From Actinomycetota bacterium (GTDB lineage Bacteria > Actinomycetota > UBA4738 > HRBIN12): a stretch of DNA of 60,053 nt. Positions within the stretch are counted from its first letter, which is position 1. Every line of letters starts with the position of its first letter. A model generated the notes under the pieces. It saw nothing but the letters and a program-made list of their open reading frames with translations. It did not search any database and was not told the DNA's origin. Below are positions 1 to 9,503 of the stretch, in pieces. The position numbers and the translations under genes are program-made. The DNA lies in the NCBI GenBank assembly GCA_046724395.1, contig JBKOWM010000056.1, forward strand, positions 1 through 60,053, in the 5' to 3' direction.

Positions 1-2
1 TC

Positions 3-149
3 CTCGTGCTTCCCGGCCCGGGAATTGTCCTCCTACTGGCCGGTCTCGCAATCCTGGCGTCCGAGTACGTGTGGGCACAGCGGGCTCTGAACTACGCCAA
101 GGAGAGGGCCAAGAGGGCGTCGGACAGGGTCCGCGGCAGGCGCGGCTAG
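3..149 (+). CDS. PGPGW-domain small membrane protein, 5'-truncated by the window edge
   Basis: Manual translation LVLPGPGIVLLLAGLAILASEYVWAQRAL...RRG* shows the PGPG...ILAxE(F/Y)xWA signature; not in the ORF track. Confidence 0.8.
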   Translation, partial: LVLPGPGIVLLLAGLAILASEYVWAQRALNYAKERAKRASDRVRGRRG

Positions 150-158
150 GCTGCGCCG

Positions 159-1076
159 GTGGGTCGCATCCTCATCGGCACGGCGAGCTGGACGGATCCG
201 ACACTTATCAAGGACGGGCATTTCTACCCGGCGGACGCCAAGACCTCCGAGGCGAGGCTGAAGTACTACGCCTCGAAGTTTCCGGTCGTCGAGGTGGACT
301 CGACCTACTATTTCCCGCCGTCGGAACGGAACTCGGTGCTCTGGATCGAGCGAACGCCGAAGGACTTCACCTTCAATGTCAAGGCGTACTCGCTCCTCAC
401 GAATCACCCGACCAAGCGGGACTCCCTGTATGCAGAGATCAGGGAGACCCTTCCAGAGGAGCTGGCCGAGAAGTCACGCATCTACCGGGAAAACCTGCCC
501 GACGAGCTCGTCGACGAGGTCTGGCAGCGCTTCCACGACGCCCTGATGCCGCTGCATTCGGCCGGAAAGCTCGGGGCCGTTTTGTTCCAGTTCCCAGAGT
601 GGTTCGTCATCGGGCGGAAGAACAGGGACTACATCGTGCAGGCGTCTGAGCGGCTCCGCGACTTCAAAATGGCGGTCGAGTTCCGCCATCAGAGCTGGTT
701 GAACGATCGCAACCGAGAGGAGACCCTCGGGTTCCTCACGGAGCACGATCTCCCTGTCGTGTGCGTCGACATGCCGCAAGGGTTCCCGTCGAGCATCCCG
801 AGGTTCGCCGCCGCGACGGCCGGCGAGCTGTCGATGGTCCGCTTCCACGGCCGGGACCCCGAGGTGTGGGCGAAGAAGAACGTCTCCGCGTCAGAGCGAT
901 TCCGGTACGAGTACAGCCGTGACGAGCTGACGGAGTGGGTCGAACCGATCGAGGACCTCTCTAAGCAGACACGAGAGACGCACGTGCTCATGAACAACTG
1001 CTATCGCGACTACGCGGTCAACAACGCACGCGATCTCGGCGCGCTGTTGGGTCTTGAGCTCGAACGGGAGGAGTAG
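159..1076 (+). CDS. DUF72 (YecE-like) protein
   Basis: IGTASW, VEVDSTYY, F.VKA, LFQFP, VEFRH, RFHGR, MNN motifs. Confidence 0.92.
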   Translation: MGRILIGTASWTDPTLIKDGHFYPADAKTSEARLKYYASKFPVVEVDSTYYFPPSERNSVLWIERTPKDFTFNVKAYSLLTNHPTKRDSLYAEIRETLPEELAEKSRIYRENLPDELVDEVWQRFHDALMPLHSAGKLGAVLFQFPEWFVIGRKNRDYIVQASERLRDFKMAVEFRHQSWLNDRNREETLGFLTEHDLPVVCVDMPQGFPSSIPRFAAATAGELSMVRFHGRDPEVWAKKNVSASERFRYEYSRDELTEWVEPIEDLSKQTRETHVLMNNCYRDYAVNNARDLGALLGLELEREE

Positions 1077-1078
1077 GG

Positions 1079-1182
1079 GTCTGGCCCGGACCCGCGGGCG
1101 CACCCGCGTGGAAGGGAGGGTAGCCCGGGCCAGACGACTTCGCAGGCGATCGGTTCCTCATTCCCGCTACACGATCAGCGTA
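1079..1182 (-). ncRNA. Candidate structured sRNA or terminator-like element
   Basis: 11-bp inverted repeat 1079-1089/1125-1135, inner hairpin 1093-1108, minus-strand CCCTCCCTTCC, and extended -10 TGnTACGCT on the minus strand. Confidence 0.3.
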
Positions 1183-1243
1183 GCAGCGTCTTCCTGAACG
1201 ACCGGCCGCCGTCGCCGGCGCATCGCGTTACTGTGGCCGCAGG

Positions 1244-2347
1244 ATGTTAGGACGGGCGTGGAGAATCGGAAGCGTCGCGGGAATCCCGGTCAACGTCGAT
1301 TCCTCGTGGGTCTGGATCGCCGTGCTGGCCGTGTACTCTCTGTGGTCGCAGCTCAGCGCGCGGTTTCCGGCGCTCGACGGCCTAACGGCGCTGGCGCTCG
1401 GAGTCGGCGCGGCGGCGCTGTTCTTCGGCTCGGTCTTCCTGCACGAGGTCGCGCATGCCGTCGCGGCGCGCGTGAACGACATCGAGGTCACGGGGATCAC
1501 CCTCGTGTTCTTCGGCGGGTTCACCAGTACGCGCTCGGATGAGCGTGGTCCCGGCGCGGCGTTCGTCATTGCCGCGGCCGGGCCGCTCACGAGCTTTGTC
1601 CTCGCGGCCTTCTTCTTCGTCGTCGGTCGCGCAGTAGGCGACGTGAACCCGCCCCTTGGCGGGGCGATCGCCTACGTCGGATTCATCAACGGGCTCATGG
1701 CCGTCTTCAACGTCCTTCCCGGGTTCCCGTTGGACGGTGGCCGGATGCTGGAGGCGGCGACGTGGGGCCTTACACACAGCCACGAACGCGGCACCCGGAT
1801 CGCGGCGGGGGCCGGCATGGTCGTTGCCGCGGCGCTCGTCGCATGGGCTGTGTTCGACGCGATCGGACCGAACGGCGATCTCTTCGGATCGCTCTGGCTC
1901 GTCGTGATCGCCTCCGTCATCTTCCAGGGCGCCCGCGCCGCTCGGCAGCAGATCGGCCTTCGCCAGCGGATGTCCGGCGCGAGCGTGGCTGATGCGATGG
2001 ATCCCCCGCCGCTCGCGATCCCGGCCGACATGACGCTGTCCGAGGCGCTCGACCGCTTCCTACGCGGACACGAGAACGAGGTGTTTCCGGTGATCGAACC
2101 CGGCGGGACCGTCGTGGGCGTCGTCAACTTCGAGTCCGCTCGTCGCGTCGGCATGCGTGACCCGCTCCGGCCGGTTCTCGACGCCCTCATCCCGCTGTCG
2201 GACGTCCTGACCGCACACGAAGAAGAGCCGCTCGACCGGGCGATCCTTCGCCTTGGGCCCGGGCGCGCAGCGCTCGTCCTGCGCGACGGTCGCCTGGTCG
2301 GTGCGATCACCGGACGAAGCGTGGGGCGCTGGGCCGCACGGACCTGA
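1244..2347 (+). CDS. Site-2 protease (M50) with C-terminal CBS pair
   Basis: HEVAH zinc motif, AGP, NVLPGFPLDGG, several TM helices, CBS-like C-terminus. Confidence 0.92.
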   Translation: MLGRAWRIGSVAGIPVNVDSSWVWIAVLAVYSLWSQLSARFPALDGLTALALGVGAAALFFGSVFLHEVAHAVAARVNDIEVTGITLVFFGGFTSTRSDERGPGAAFVIAAAGPLTSFVLAAFFFVVGRAVGDVNPPLGGAIAYVGFINGLMAVFNVLPGFPLDGGRMLEAATWGLTHSHERGTRIAAGAGMVVAAALVAWAVFDAIGPNGDLFGSLWLVVIASVIFQGARAARQQIGLRQRMSGASVADAMDPPPLAIPADMTLSEALDRFLRGHENEVFPVIEPGGTVVGVVNFESARRVGMRDPLRPVLDALIPLSDVLTAHEEEPLDRAILRLGPGRAALVLRDGRLVGAITGRSVGRWAART

Positions 2348-2403
2348 AGAAGGCATCCCCGTCGTTCATCGGGGTGTCGGCCGTCGGCGCTACCATCGCC
2401 GAC

Positions 2404-5316
2404 GTGGCCCCCAACCCCTTCGACGCGGATCCCGCGCAGGCGCAGGTCCTCGAGCACAGCACGGGCTCGCTTCTCGTCGTCGGCGCCGCCGGAACCGGGA
2501 AGACGACGGTACTGCGCGAGCGGATGGCCCGCGCGATCGAATCCGGCGCCGACCCCGAGCGCATCGCGCTCGTCGTCGGATCTGCGCGGGCGCGCGAAGA
2601 CGCCCGCGGCCGGCTGATGGATCGGCTGGGTCGCTCGTTACCGGCGCTGCGCGTGACGACGATTCACGGCCTCGCGTTCTCACTCGTAAGTGAGCGGTTC
2701 GCGGCGCTCGGCTATCCTCGACCGCCGGACGTTCTCGATGCCGCCCGGCAGTTCGCGGTTGTGGAGCGCCTGCTCGAGCAGGAGCGCGATCATCCCGAGC
2801 GCTGGCCGGCGTTCGGGGCGCTGCTCGGCCTCCATGGATTCGCCGACGAGATCCGACAGCTGCTCCTTCGCGCCGCGGAGCGCCTGCTCACGCCGGAGGA
2901 GATGCAGCTGCGGGCCGAGCGTCGCGGACTCGGCGGATGGATGGAGCTTACGCGGTTCGCGACGCGATACCGCGAAGAGCTCGCCGGGATCGGCGCGCTC
3001 GACTTTGCGGGACTGCTGGTCCGCGCGTCGGAAGCGGCGACGGCGGGCCCGCCAGCGTTCGACGAGGTCCTCGTCGACGACCACCAGGACTCAACGCTCG
3101 CCGCCGAGCGGCTCCTGTCGTCCCTCGGCGCCCGGACGCTCGTCGTCGCGGGCAACGAGGCGGCGCACGTGTTCTCGTTCCAGGGAACGACGCTCGAGCC
3201 CCTACGACGGCTCCGCGACGACGCCTCAGTCGTCTCCGTCCGGCTTGAGACGAATCACCGTTCGCCAGGCGGCGTTGCGGTCGAGGCATGGACGGCGGCA
3301 CACGCATCCGAAGAGCATCGCGCCATCGCGCGGGAGCTCCGGCGGATCCACGTAGAGGACGGCGTCGCGTGGGGCGATCTCTCCGTCGTCGTCCGCCGGC
3401 AGTCGGGGGACGCTCAGGCGCTGCTGAGGGGGCTCGACGACGCGCGCATTCCACGCGTTGCCAGCGAACCCGGCCTCTCACCCGCCGCCGCACCGGGAAC
3501 CAGGCCGTACATCCTCGCGCTCCGTTGGATCATCGCGAGCCCCGAGACCCGAGACGAGCTCGCCGACGTCGTCCTCACGTCCGAACTCGGCGGGTTGGCT
3601 CCGGCGTCGGCACGCGCGCTGTTGAGGATCTCGAGGGCCAGGCGCGAATCGGCGGCCCGGGCGCTCGAGATCACCGACGGGCTCGGGGAACGAGAGCGCT
3701 TCGTGTTGACCGCGCTCCGCCACGCACTCGCGGAGGCCGAGCGCTTCTCGTCGTCGGCCGAGGATGCGATGCGGGTGCTGTGGCAGCGGTTGCCGTGCTC
3801 GGCCGCGCTCGTCGAGGCCGCCGAGAGTTCGGTCGAGGCGCGAGCGGATCTGCAGGCGGTACGCGCCCTGACCGAGGCCGCCGCCCGCTGGGCGACGAGC
3901 TCGGACCCGAGCGTGCAGGCATTCCTCGGCTCGCTCGGAAGCGGGGAAGGTGCGCCCGAGGCGGCCGGCGTGGTCGGTCGCGGCGACGCCGTGCGCGTGC
4001 TCACGGCGCACGCCGCGGTCGGGATGGAGTTCGACACGGTAATCGTCGCCGGAGCCCAGGAGGCCAACTTCCCGAGCCTCGAGCGACCGGAGCCGATGTT
4101 CGACCTCAACGTCCTCGAGCGGACCGCGACGCGATCGGAGACCAACCGTGCTCGAATAGCCGACGAGCGACGGCTGTTCGGGAGTGTGCTCTCCCGCGCT
4201 CGCCGTCGCGTCCTGCTTACGGCGACGCATCCGCACGGCAGCATCTCGACCGAGGGACCCGTCTCACGCTTTGCCGACGAGCTCGACGTCGAGTGGAGAC
4301 CGGCGCCCGTCCCTCCGTACGCGGACCCCGTTTCGACGGAGGAGGCCGCCGCCGCGTGGCGCAGGGAGCTCGCGGATCTCGATGCCGTCGCACCCTCTCG
4401 CATTGCGGCGCTCGACGGCCTCCTCGCCCTCGGCGTCGATCCGCGGCGATGGTGGTTCCGCCGGGACTGGAGCGACGCCGTGCCTCGGCGCGAGCCGAAC
4501 CGGCTGTCGTACTCCCGGCTGGATCGTCTCGAGAACTGCGAGCTGCAGTTCGCCCTCTCCGAGGAATTGGGGCTCGACCCCGGCGGCGGCTACCAGGCGT
4601 GGGTAGGCCGTCTGGTCCACGGCCTCATCGAGCGCATCGAGCGCGGTCAGCTCGAGCGATCGCGTGAAGCCTTCGTCGCTGCGATCGAGGCCGCATGGGA
4701 ACCGGAGCGCTTCCCGTCGTACGCCATCAGTGAGGCGGAGCGCCGGAACGCGGTCGAGGTCCTGGTTCCCAACTGGTTCCTCCGGTACGGCGATCGGCCC
4801 GCAGAGGAGGGCGGCACCGAGCGATACTTCACGTTCGACCTCGACGGCGCCGTCATCCGCGGCAAGATCGATCGCATCGGCCCGGACGCCGCCGGCCGCC
4901 GTCGCATCACCGACTTCAAGACGGGAAAGGCCGACGGCGCCGGCGACGCGTCCCGCAGCCTGCAGCTCGGCATCTACTACCTGGCCGTGGGCGAGTGCGA
5001 CGAACTAGCCGAGTTCCGTCCGGTCGATGCGGTCGAGCTCGCGTATCTCGCGGGCACCAAGGCCGACGCAGCAGAGCCCACGGTCCTCGAATGGAGGATC
5101 GAAACCGACGAAGAGGCTCGGTATGTCACCGAGATGCGATCCCGCGTCGAAGGACTCGTCGAGCGCGTTCGCATGTTGACGGAGGAAGGAAGCTACACGG
5201 CGAGCACGGCAGCCGACTGCTTCTTCTGCCGGTTCCAGACGATGTGCCCGCGGTACGCGGAGGGCAGACCGGTCTTCGAGACCGCATCCCGGGTGTCGCA
5301 GGCGGCCTCGCCATGA
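2404..5316 (+). CDS. adnA: UvrD-like helicase/RecB-family nuclease, AdnA-like subunit
   Basis: Walker A GAAGTGKT, degenerate Walker B VDDHQD, RGKIDRI..DFKTG nuclease motif, C..CxxC..C; start set at GTG 2404, 7 nt after TACCAT. Confidence 0.85.
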   Translation: MAPNPFDADPAQAQVLEHSTGSLLVVGAAGTGKTTVLRERMARAIESGADPERIALVVGSARAREDARGRLMDRLGRSLPALRVTTIHGLAFSLVSERFAALGYPRPPDVLDAARQFAVVERLLEQERDHPERWPAFGALLGLHGFADEIRQLLLRAAERLLTPEEMQLRAERRGLGGWMELTRFATRYREELAGIGALDFAGLLVRASEAATAGPPAFDEVLVDDHQDSTLAAERLLSSLGARTLVVAGNEAAHVFSFQGTTLEPLRRLRDDASVVSVRLETNHRSPGGVAVEAWTAAHASEEHRAIARELRRIHVEDGVAWGDLSVVVRRQSGDAQALLRGLDDARIPRVASEPGLSPAAAPGTRPYILALRWIIASPETRDELADVVLTSELGGLAPASARALLRISRARRESAARALEITDGLGERERFVLTALRHALAEAERFSSSAEDAMRVLWQRLPCSAALVEAAESSVEARADLQAVRALTEAAARWATSSDPSVQAFLGSLGSGEGAPEAAGVVGRGDAVRVLTAHAAVGMEFDTVIVAGAQEANFPSLERPEPMFDLNVLERTATRSETNRARIADERRLFGSVLSRARRRVLLTATHPHGSISTEGPVSRFADELDVEWRPAPVPPYADPVSTEEAAAAWRRELADLDAVAPSRIAALDGLLALGVDPRRWWFRRDWSDAVPRREPNRLSYSRLDRLENCELQFALSEELGLDPGGGYQAWVGRLVHGLIERIERGQLERSREAFVAAIEAAWEPERFPSYAISEAERRNAVEVLVPNWFLRYGDRPAEEGGTERYFTFDLDGAVIRGKIDRIGPDAAGRRRITDFKTGKADGAGDASRSLQLGIYYLAVGECDELAEFRPVDAVELAYLAGTKADAAEPTVLEWRIETDEEARYVTEMRSRVEGLVERVRMLTEEGSYTASTAADCFFCRFQTMCPRYAEGRPVFETASRVSQAASP

Positions 5317-8300
5317 CGGCGTATCCGGAGGCCGTCACGGCCTTTCTCGGTGCCGAGCCCACGGAGGAGCAGTGGCGCGCGATCTCGTATCCGCTCGAGC
5401 CGTTCGTGCTGGTCGCCGGGGCCGGATCCGGAAAAACGTCCGTGATGGCGGCGCGCGTCATCTATCTGGCGCTCGCCGCCAGAGGGCTCGTTCCGGCGCC
5501 CGGTGTGATGCCAGGCAACGTCTTGTGTCTGACCTTTACGAACAAGGCGACCGAGAACCTCTCGCTTCGCATTCGTCATGCGCTGACGACGATCCCCGGC
5601 CTGGAGGAGGGTGAGGAGCCGGAGGTTCTGAACTACCACGGGTTTGCCGCGCAGGTCATCGAACGTCACGGGATGCGGATCGGGATCGAGCCCGGGCAAC
5701 GTGTCATGACGCCGGCACAGCGAATGGAGGTCGCCGCCCGCGTGCTCGACACGATGACTTTCGATCGCTCGTCCACCAAGTGGCAGCCGGCGATCGTGAA
5801 GCGGATCCTCGATCTGGACGAGCAGCTGCAGAACCACCTTCGCACCCCGGAGGAGCTCCACGAGCACGTGCAGGCCAAATTGCCGCTGCTCGAGGCGGTT
5901 CGATCGAGCGAGCCGTGGCAGGCCGCGCACGAGCGCGAGGAGCTCGCGCGGGCGGTCATAGAGTTCAGGCGGATCAAGCGCTCGCTCGGTGTGATCGACT
6001 TCGGCGACCAGATCGCGTTCGCCGTTCGGATCGCGACCGAGCACCCCGACGTCGGGGCGGAGTATCGCGAGCGTTTCGGCGCGGTCCTCCTGGACGAGTT
6101 CCAGGACACGAACCACGCGCAGGCAACGCTCATGGCGTCGCTGTTCGGGCACGGTCACCCCGTCACCGCGGTCGGCGATCCCGACCAGAACATCTACGGC
6201 TGGCGCGGTGCTAGCCTGCACAACCTGCTCGCCTTCCCTGAGCAGTTTCGTCGCGCCGACGGCACCTGGGCCGAGCGCCTCCCCCTCTACACCAACTTCC
6301 GGTCCGGCGCATACGTGCTCGAGGCCGCAGACGAGATCATCGCGAAGGTTCCCGCGAACCAGCGGCCGGATCCGGACAAGCGCCTTGTGCCCTTCGCGGC
6401 CAACGGCACCGGTGAAGTCGAGATCGCACTGCTCGACCACGAGCTCGCGGAGGCCGAGGACATCGCTGATCGCATCGTTAACCTGCATCACGAAGGCAAG
6501 GCGTGGTCGTCCAACGCCGTGCTGTGCCGCACCCACCGGCTCTTCGAACCGCTGCAGCTGGCGTTCGCCGCCCGGGACCTGCCGGCCGAGTTCGTCGGCC
6601 TGGCGGGCCTGATCCACCTCCCGGAGATCGTCGAGGTCCTCGCGTACGCGCGCGTGGCCTCGAGCCCCGAGGACGGCGTCTCGCTGGCACGTATCCTGAC
6701 CGGACCGCGCTACCGGGTGTCGCTCGGCGATCTGTCCCGCGTCGCCGCGTGGACGCGGATGAGCGGATGGGCGTTCGTGGAGCGCCTTCGCGACGAGCGC
6801 GCCGGCGAGGACGAAGGTCTCCTCGAGGACCGGCCGTTCCTGATCGCCGAGGCCCTCGAACACCTGGACGAGGTCGAGGATCTGTCCGTGGACGGACACT
6901 CCCGGCTCGAGGAGTGCCGCCGTGAGCTGGCCGACCTCCGAGACGCCGCGCGGCGGCCCGTCCCGACGTTCCTCGCTGAGATCGTCCGGCGAACAGGGTT
7001 GCTGGCGGAGCTGGACGCCGACGTCGACCAGGCGCGCGCGGCCGCCAAACGCAGGAACCTCGCGGCGTTTCTCGACCAGGTGGACGCGTTCCAGCCCGTC
7101 GAGGGGGAGCTGTCGCTCGGCGCGTTTCTCTCGTACGTCGACTCCATCGAGGACGACCGCGAGTGGAACCCGGTTCAGCCAAGCGACGACGATTCGGTGA
7201 AGGTCATGACGATTCATGCGGCGAAGGGTCTGGAGTTCGACACGGTCTTCGTGCCGGGGCTCGCGGACCGGCTGTTCCCCGACGTCCGCGTCCAGGAGAA
7301 CCCCGCGCGCAAGCCGTCGTCGCTGGACGTAGAGCTGCGTCGCGACCGCGACCTGCTCCCCGCCTTCGACGGCGTGATGTCGCATTTCCAAAACAGCCTT
7401 CGCAAGCAGGAGGAGTTCGAGGAGCGACGAACGGGCTATGTCGCGCTCACGCGCGCACGGCGACGATTGTTCATCTCGTCCGCGGAGTGGTACGGCGAGA
7501 CGCTTCGCGAGGCGAAGCACGCCGGTCGCTTCCACGCGGATCTCGTGCTATGGGCGAAGCGAACGGAGCACGCGCGCCTACGGTGGGAAGCGGAGGAGCA
7601 CGAGACCAACCCGCTGGCGGGTTACCGCCAGGCTGCCGTCCGGCCATGGCCTGGCCCGGCGCTCCGGGACGACGAGGCCGACGAGCTGTTCCCCGACGGA
7701 TGGCGCGTCGCGGCCATTGGCGCCGCCAACAGCGGATCCGTCGAGCGATCCACAATGGACCTGCTGGGACCGGAGAAGCTTCGCGCGTTCGAGCGCGCCG
7801 CGTCGGAGCGGCGAACAGTGGCCGCGCATCTGCGCGAGCGCGACGACCCGGGCGCGGAGCACCCGTGGATACCGAACGCGGCATCCGTCGGCTCCGTCGT
7901 CGAGTACGCGCGCTGTCCCAAGCGCTTTTACTGGAGTGTCGTGCGGCCGCTGCCGCGCTTCAGCGGCCCGTCGGCGCGGATCGGCACCGAGATTCACCGC
8001 TGGATCGAGCGGCAATCGCGCGGACAGACGACGCTGCTCGAGATCGACGACGTTCCCGATCTCACCGCGGAGGAACTCGCGGGCCAACCGGGGAAGCTCC
8101 ACGACCTCCGTCGCTCGTTCCTATCCAGCCGGTTTGCGGACATGGTCCCGCTGTTCGCAGAGCGGCCCTTTCTCTTGAGCCTCGACGGGTTCACGATCCG
8201 CGGCCGAATCGACGCCATCTACGGAGAGGTCGGCGGACCGTGGGAGGTCGTCGACTACAAGACCGGGCGCGAACCGCAGCCCGACGATCCCGTCGCGCGG

Positions 8301-8570
8301 ATTCAGCTCGATGTGTACGCGCTCGCCTGCCTCGACGTATGGGGCAAGCGACCGGAGGATCTGACCCTGACGTACCTCTACCTCGCCGGCGGGACGGAAT
8401 CGACGCATCGCGTGGATGACGAGGCGGCGATCCGAGGTCGGCTGCGAGCGTGGCTGGCGCGCATCGGTGAGGGGCGGTTCGAGCCCACGCCCGGGCCACA
8501 ATGCCGATGGTGCGACTTCCTGCCGTTCTGCGAGGCCGGTCGCGGGCACGTCGCCGACGTCGGCGCCTGA
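5313..8570 (+). CDS. adnB: UvrD-like helicase/RecB-family nuclease, AdnB-like motor subunit
   Basis: AGAGSGKT, TFTNKA, LDEFQDTN, VGDPDQNIYGWRGA, TIHAAKGLEF, YVALTRA, RGRIDA..VDYKTG; ATGA overlap with adnA. Confidence 0.9.
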   Translation: MTAYPEAVTAFLGAEPTEEQWRAISYPLEPFVLVAGAGSGKTSVMAARVIYLALAARGLVPAPGVMPGNVLCLTFTNKATENLSLRIRHALTTIPGLEEGEEPEVLNYHGFAAQVIERHGMRIGIEPGQRVMTPAQRMEVAARVLDTMTFDRSSTKWQPAIVKRILDLDEQLQNHLRTPEELHEHVQAKLPLLEAVRSSEPWQAAHEREELARAVIEFRRIKRSLGVIDFGDQIAFAVRIATEHPDVGAEYRERFGAVLLDEFQDTNHAQATLMASLFGHGHPVTAVGDPDQNIYGWRGASLHNLLAFPEQFRRADGTWAERLPLYTNFRSGAYVLEAADEIIAKVPANQRPDPDKRLVPFAANGTGEVEIALLDHELAEAEDIADRIVNLHHEGKAWSSNAVLCRTHRLFEPLQLAFAARDLPAEFVGLAGLIHLPEIVEVLAYARVASSPEDGVSLARILTGPRYRVSLGDLSRVAAWTRMSGWAFVERLRDERAGEDEGLLEDRPFLIAEALEHLDEVEDLSVDGHSRLEECRRELADLRDAARRPVPTFLAEIVRRTGLLAELDADVDQARAAAKRRNLAAFLDQVDAFQPVEGELSLGAFLSYVDSIEDDREWNPVQPSDDDSVKVMTIHAAKGLEFDTVFVPGLADRLFPDVRVQENPARKPSSLDVELRRDRDLLPAFDGVMSHFQNSLRKQEEFEERRTGYVALTRARRRLFISSAEWYGETLREAKHAGRFHADLVLWAKRTEHARLRWEAEEHETNPLAGYRQAAVRPWPGPALRDDEADELFPDGWRVAAIGAANSGSVERSTMDLLGPEKLRAFERAASERRTVAAHLRERDDPGAEHPWIPNAASVGSVVEYARCPKRFYWSVVRPLPRFSGPSARIGTEIHRWIERQSRGQTTLLEIDDVPDLTAEELAGQPGKLHDLRRSFLSSRFADMVPLFAERPFLLSLDGFTIRGRIDAIYGEVGGPWEVVDYKTGREPQPDDPVARIQLDVYALACLDVWGKRPEDLTLTYLYLAGGTESTHRVDDEAAIRGRLRAWLARIGEGRFEPTPGPQCRWCDFLPFCEAGRGHVADVGA

Positions 8571-8581
8571 CGAAGCGGCGG

Positions 8582-8968
8582 TCAGCCGCCCTCGCGGTCG
8601 CGCTCGAGCTTCTCGACCTGCTGGTCGAAGGTCCTGTACGTCGACGCGGGGTCCCATCCTCCAGGTCCGTCCTCTGGCACGATCCGGACCGACAGCCCCA
8701 GCGCCTCGCCGCGGCTGCGGAGGGCCTGGACGAACCACTCGAGATCGCCGGGATGCAGAAGCACCGGACCCCGGGTCCCCGCGGAGCGCAGCCCGGGATC
8801 GTCGACGACGACGGGCGTCGGCCGAACGATCGCGCCGATGCCCGCGGCGGAGGCGTCGGACGGATCAAGAACGTCGATCGACGTTGCCCCACCTCTCCAC
8901 GTCGCGACTGCCACGACCGTCTCAGCCTGGCCGTCGGCCGGCGCCGGACGGTAGAGCTCCGCCCGCAC
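8582..8968 (-). CDS. Hypothetical protein (about 128 aa)
   Basis: Protein-like composition; GTG start 7 nt after the cNMP gene stop suggests co-transcription. Confidence 0.7.
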   Translation of the reverse strand: MRAELYRPAPADGQAETVVAVATWRGGATSIDVLDPSDASAAGIGAIVRPTPVVVDDPGLRSAGTRGPVLLHPGDLEWFVQALRSRGEALGLSVRIVPEDGPGGWDPASTYRTFDQQVEKLERDREGG

Positions 8969-8975
8969 GGATCGG

Positions 8976-9398
8976 TCAGCCCGCGACCGGTCGCTCGAGC
9001 CGGCGAAGGAGGCCGGCAGCGTACTCAAGGAGCTTCGTCGCCACCGCCGAGTCCTCCGAGACGATCTTTCGAAAGGCGTTCCGCGTGAGCACGAGCACCC
9101 GCATCGGCGTCTCCGACGTCACGGTGGCGGTCCGCACGCCGCCGTCCAGCAGCGAGATCTCGCCGAAGAAATCCCCAGGGACCAGCTCGTTGACGCTCTT
9201 GCCGCTCTTGTCGCTCACGTCGGCCTGTCCCTCGATGATGACGAAGAAGGAATCGCCCTCTTCGCCCTGGCGGACGATCCGAGCCCCCTCCATGTACCGC
9301 TGCTCTGTCGTGGAGTCAGCGAGCCGTCGGAGCTGCCGCCGGGACAGGTGGGAGAACAACGGCACTTGGGCGAGCAACTCCTGTCCACCCTTCGCCAT
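8976..9398 (-). CDS. Stand-alone cyclic nucleotide-binding domain protein
   Basis: VPLFSHL, IVRQGEEGDSFFVI, GDFFGEISLLDGGVRTATV (intact phosphate-binding cassette). Confidence 0.92.
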   Translation of the reverse strand: MAKGGQELLAQVPLFSHLSRRQLRRLADSTTEQRYMEGARIVRQGEEGDSFFVIIEGQADVSDKSGKSVNELVPGDFFGEISLLDGGVRTATVTSETPMRVLVLTRNAFRKIVSEDSAVATKLLEYAAGLLRRLERPVAG

Positions 9399-9503
9399 CG
9401 CTCGAAACCCCCTTCGACGCGCTCGCGTCGGTGTCCGCGCAGCCTAGCGCGAGCGGACGCGGGGTGTCGAAACGATGTCGGTGACGAGCGCTACGGTGCG
9501 CCC

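Noticed and set aside
5193-7535. Long antisense ORFs (e.g. 5193-7535, 37890-39380, 55091-56677) and long 5' extensions of nuoD, selA and nfeD
   Set aside because: Shadow ORFs typical of high-GC codon bias, lying opposite well-supported genes and with no motifs
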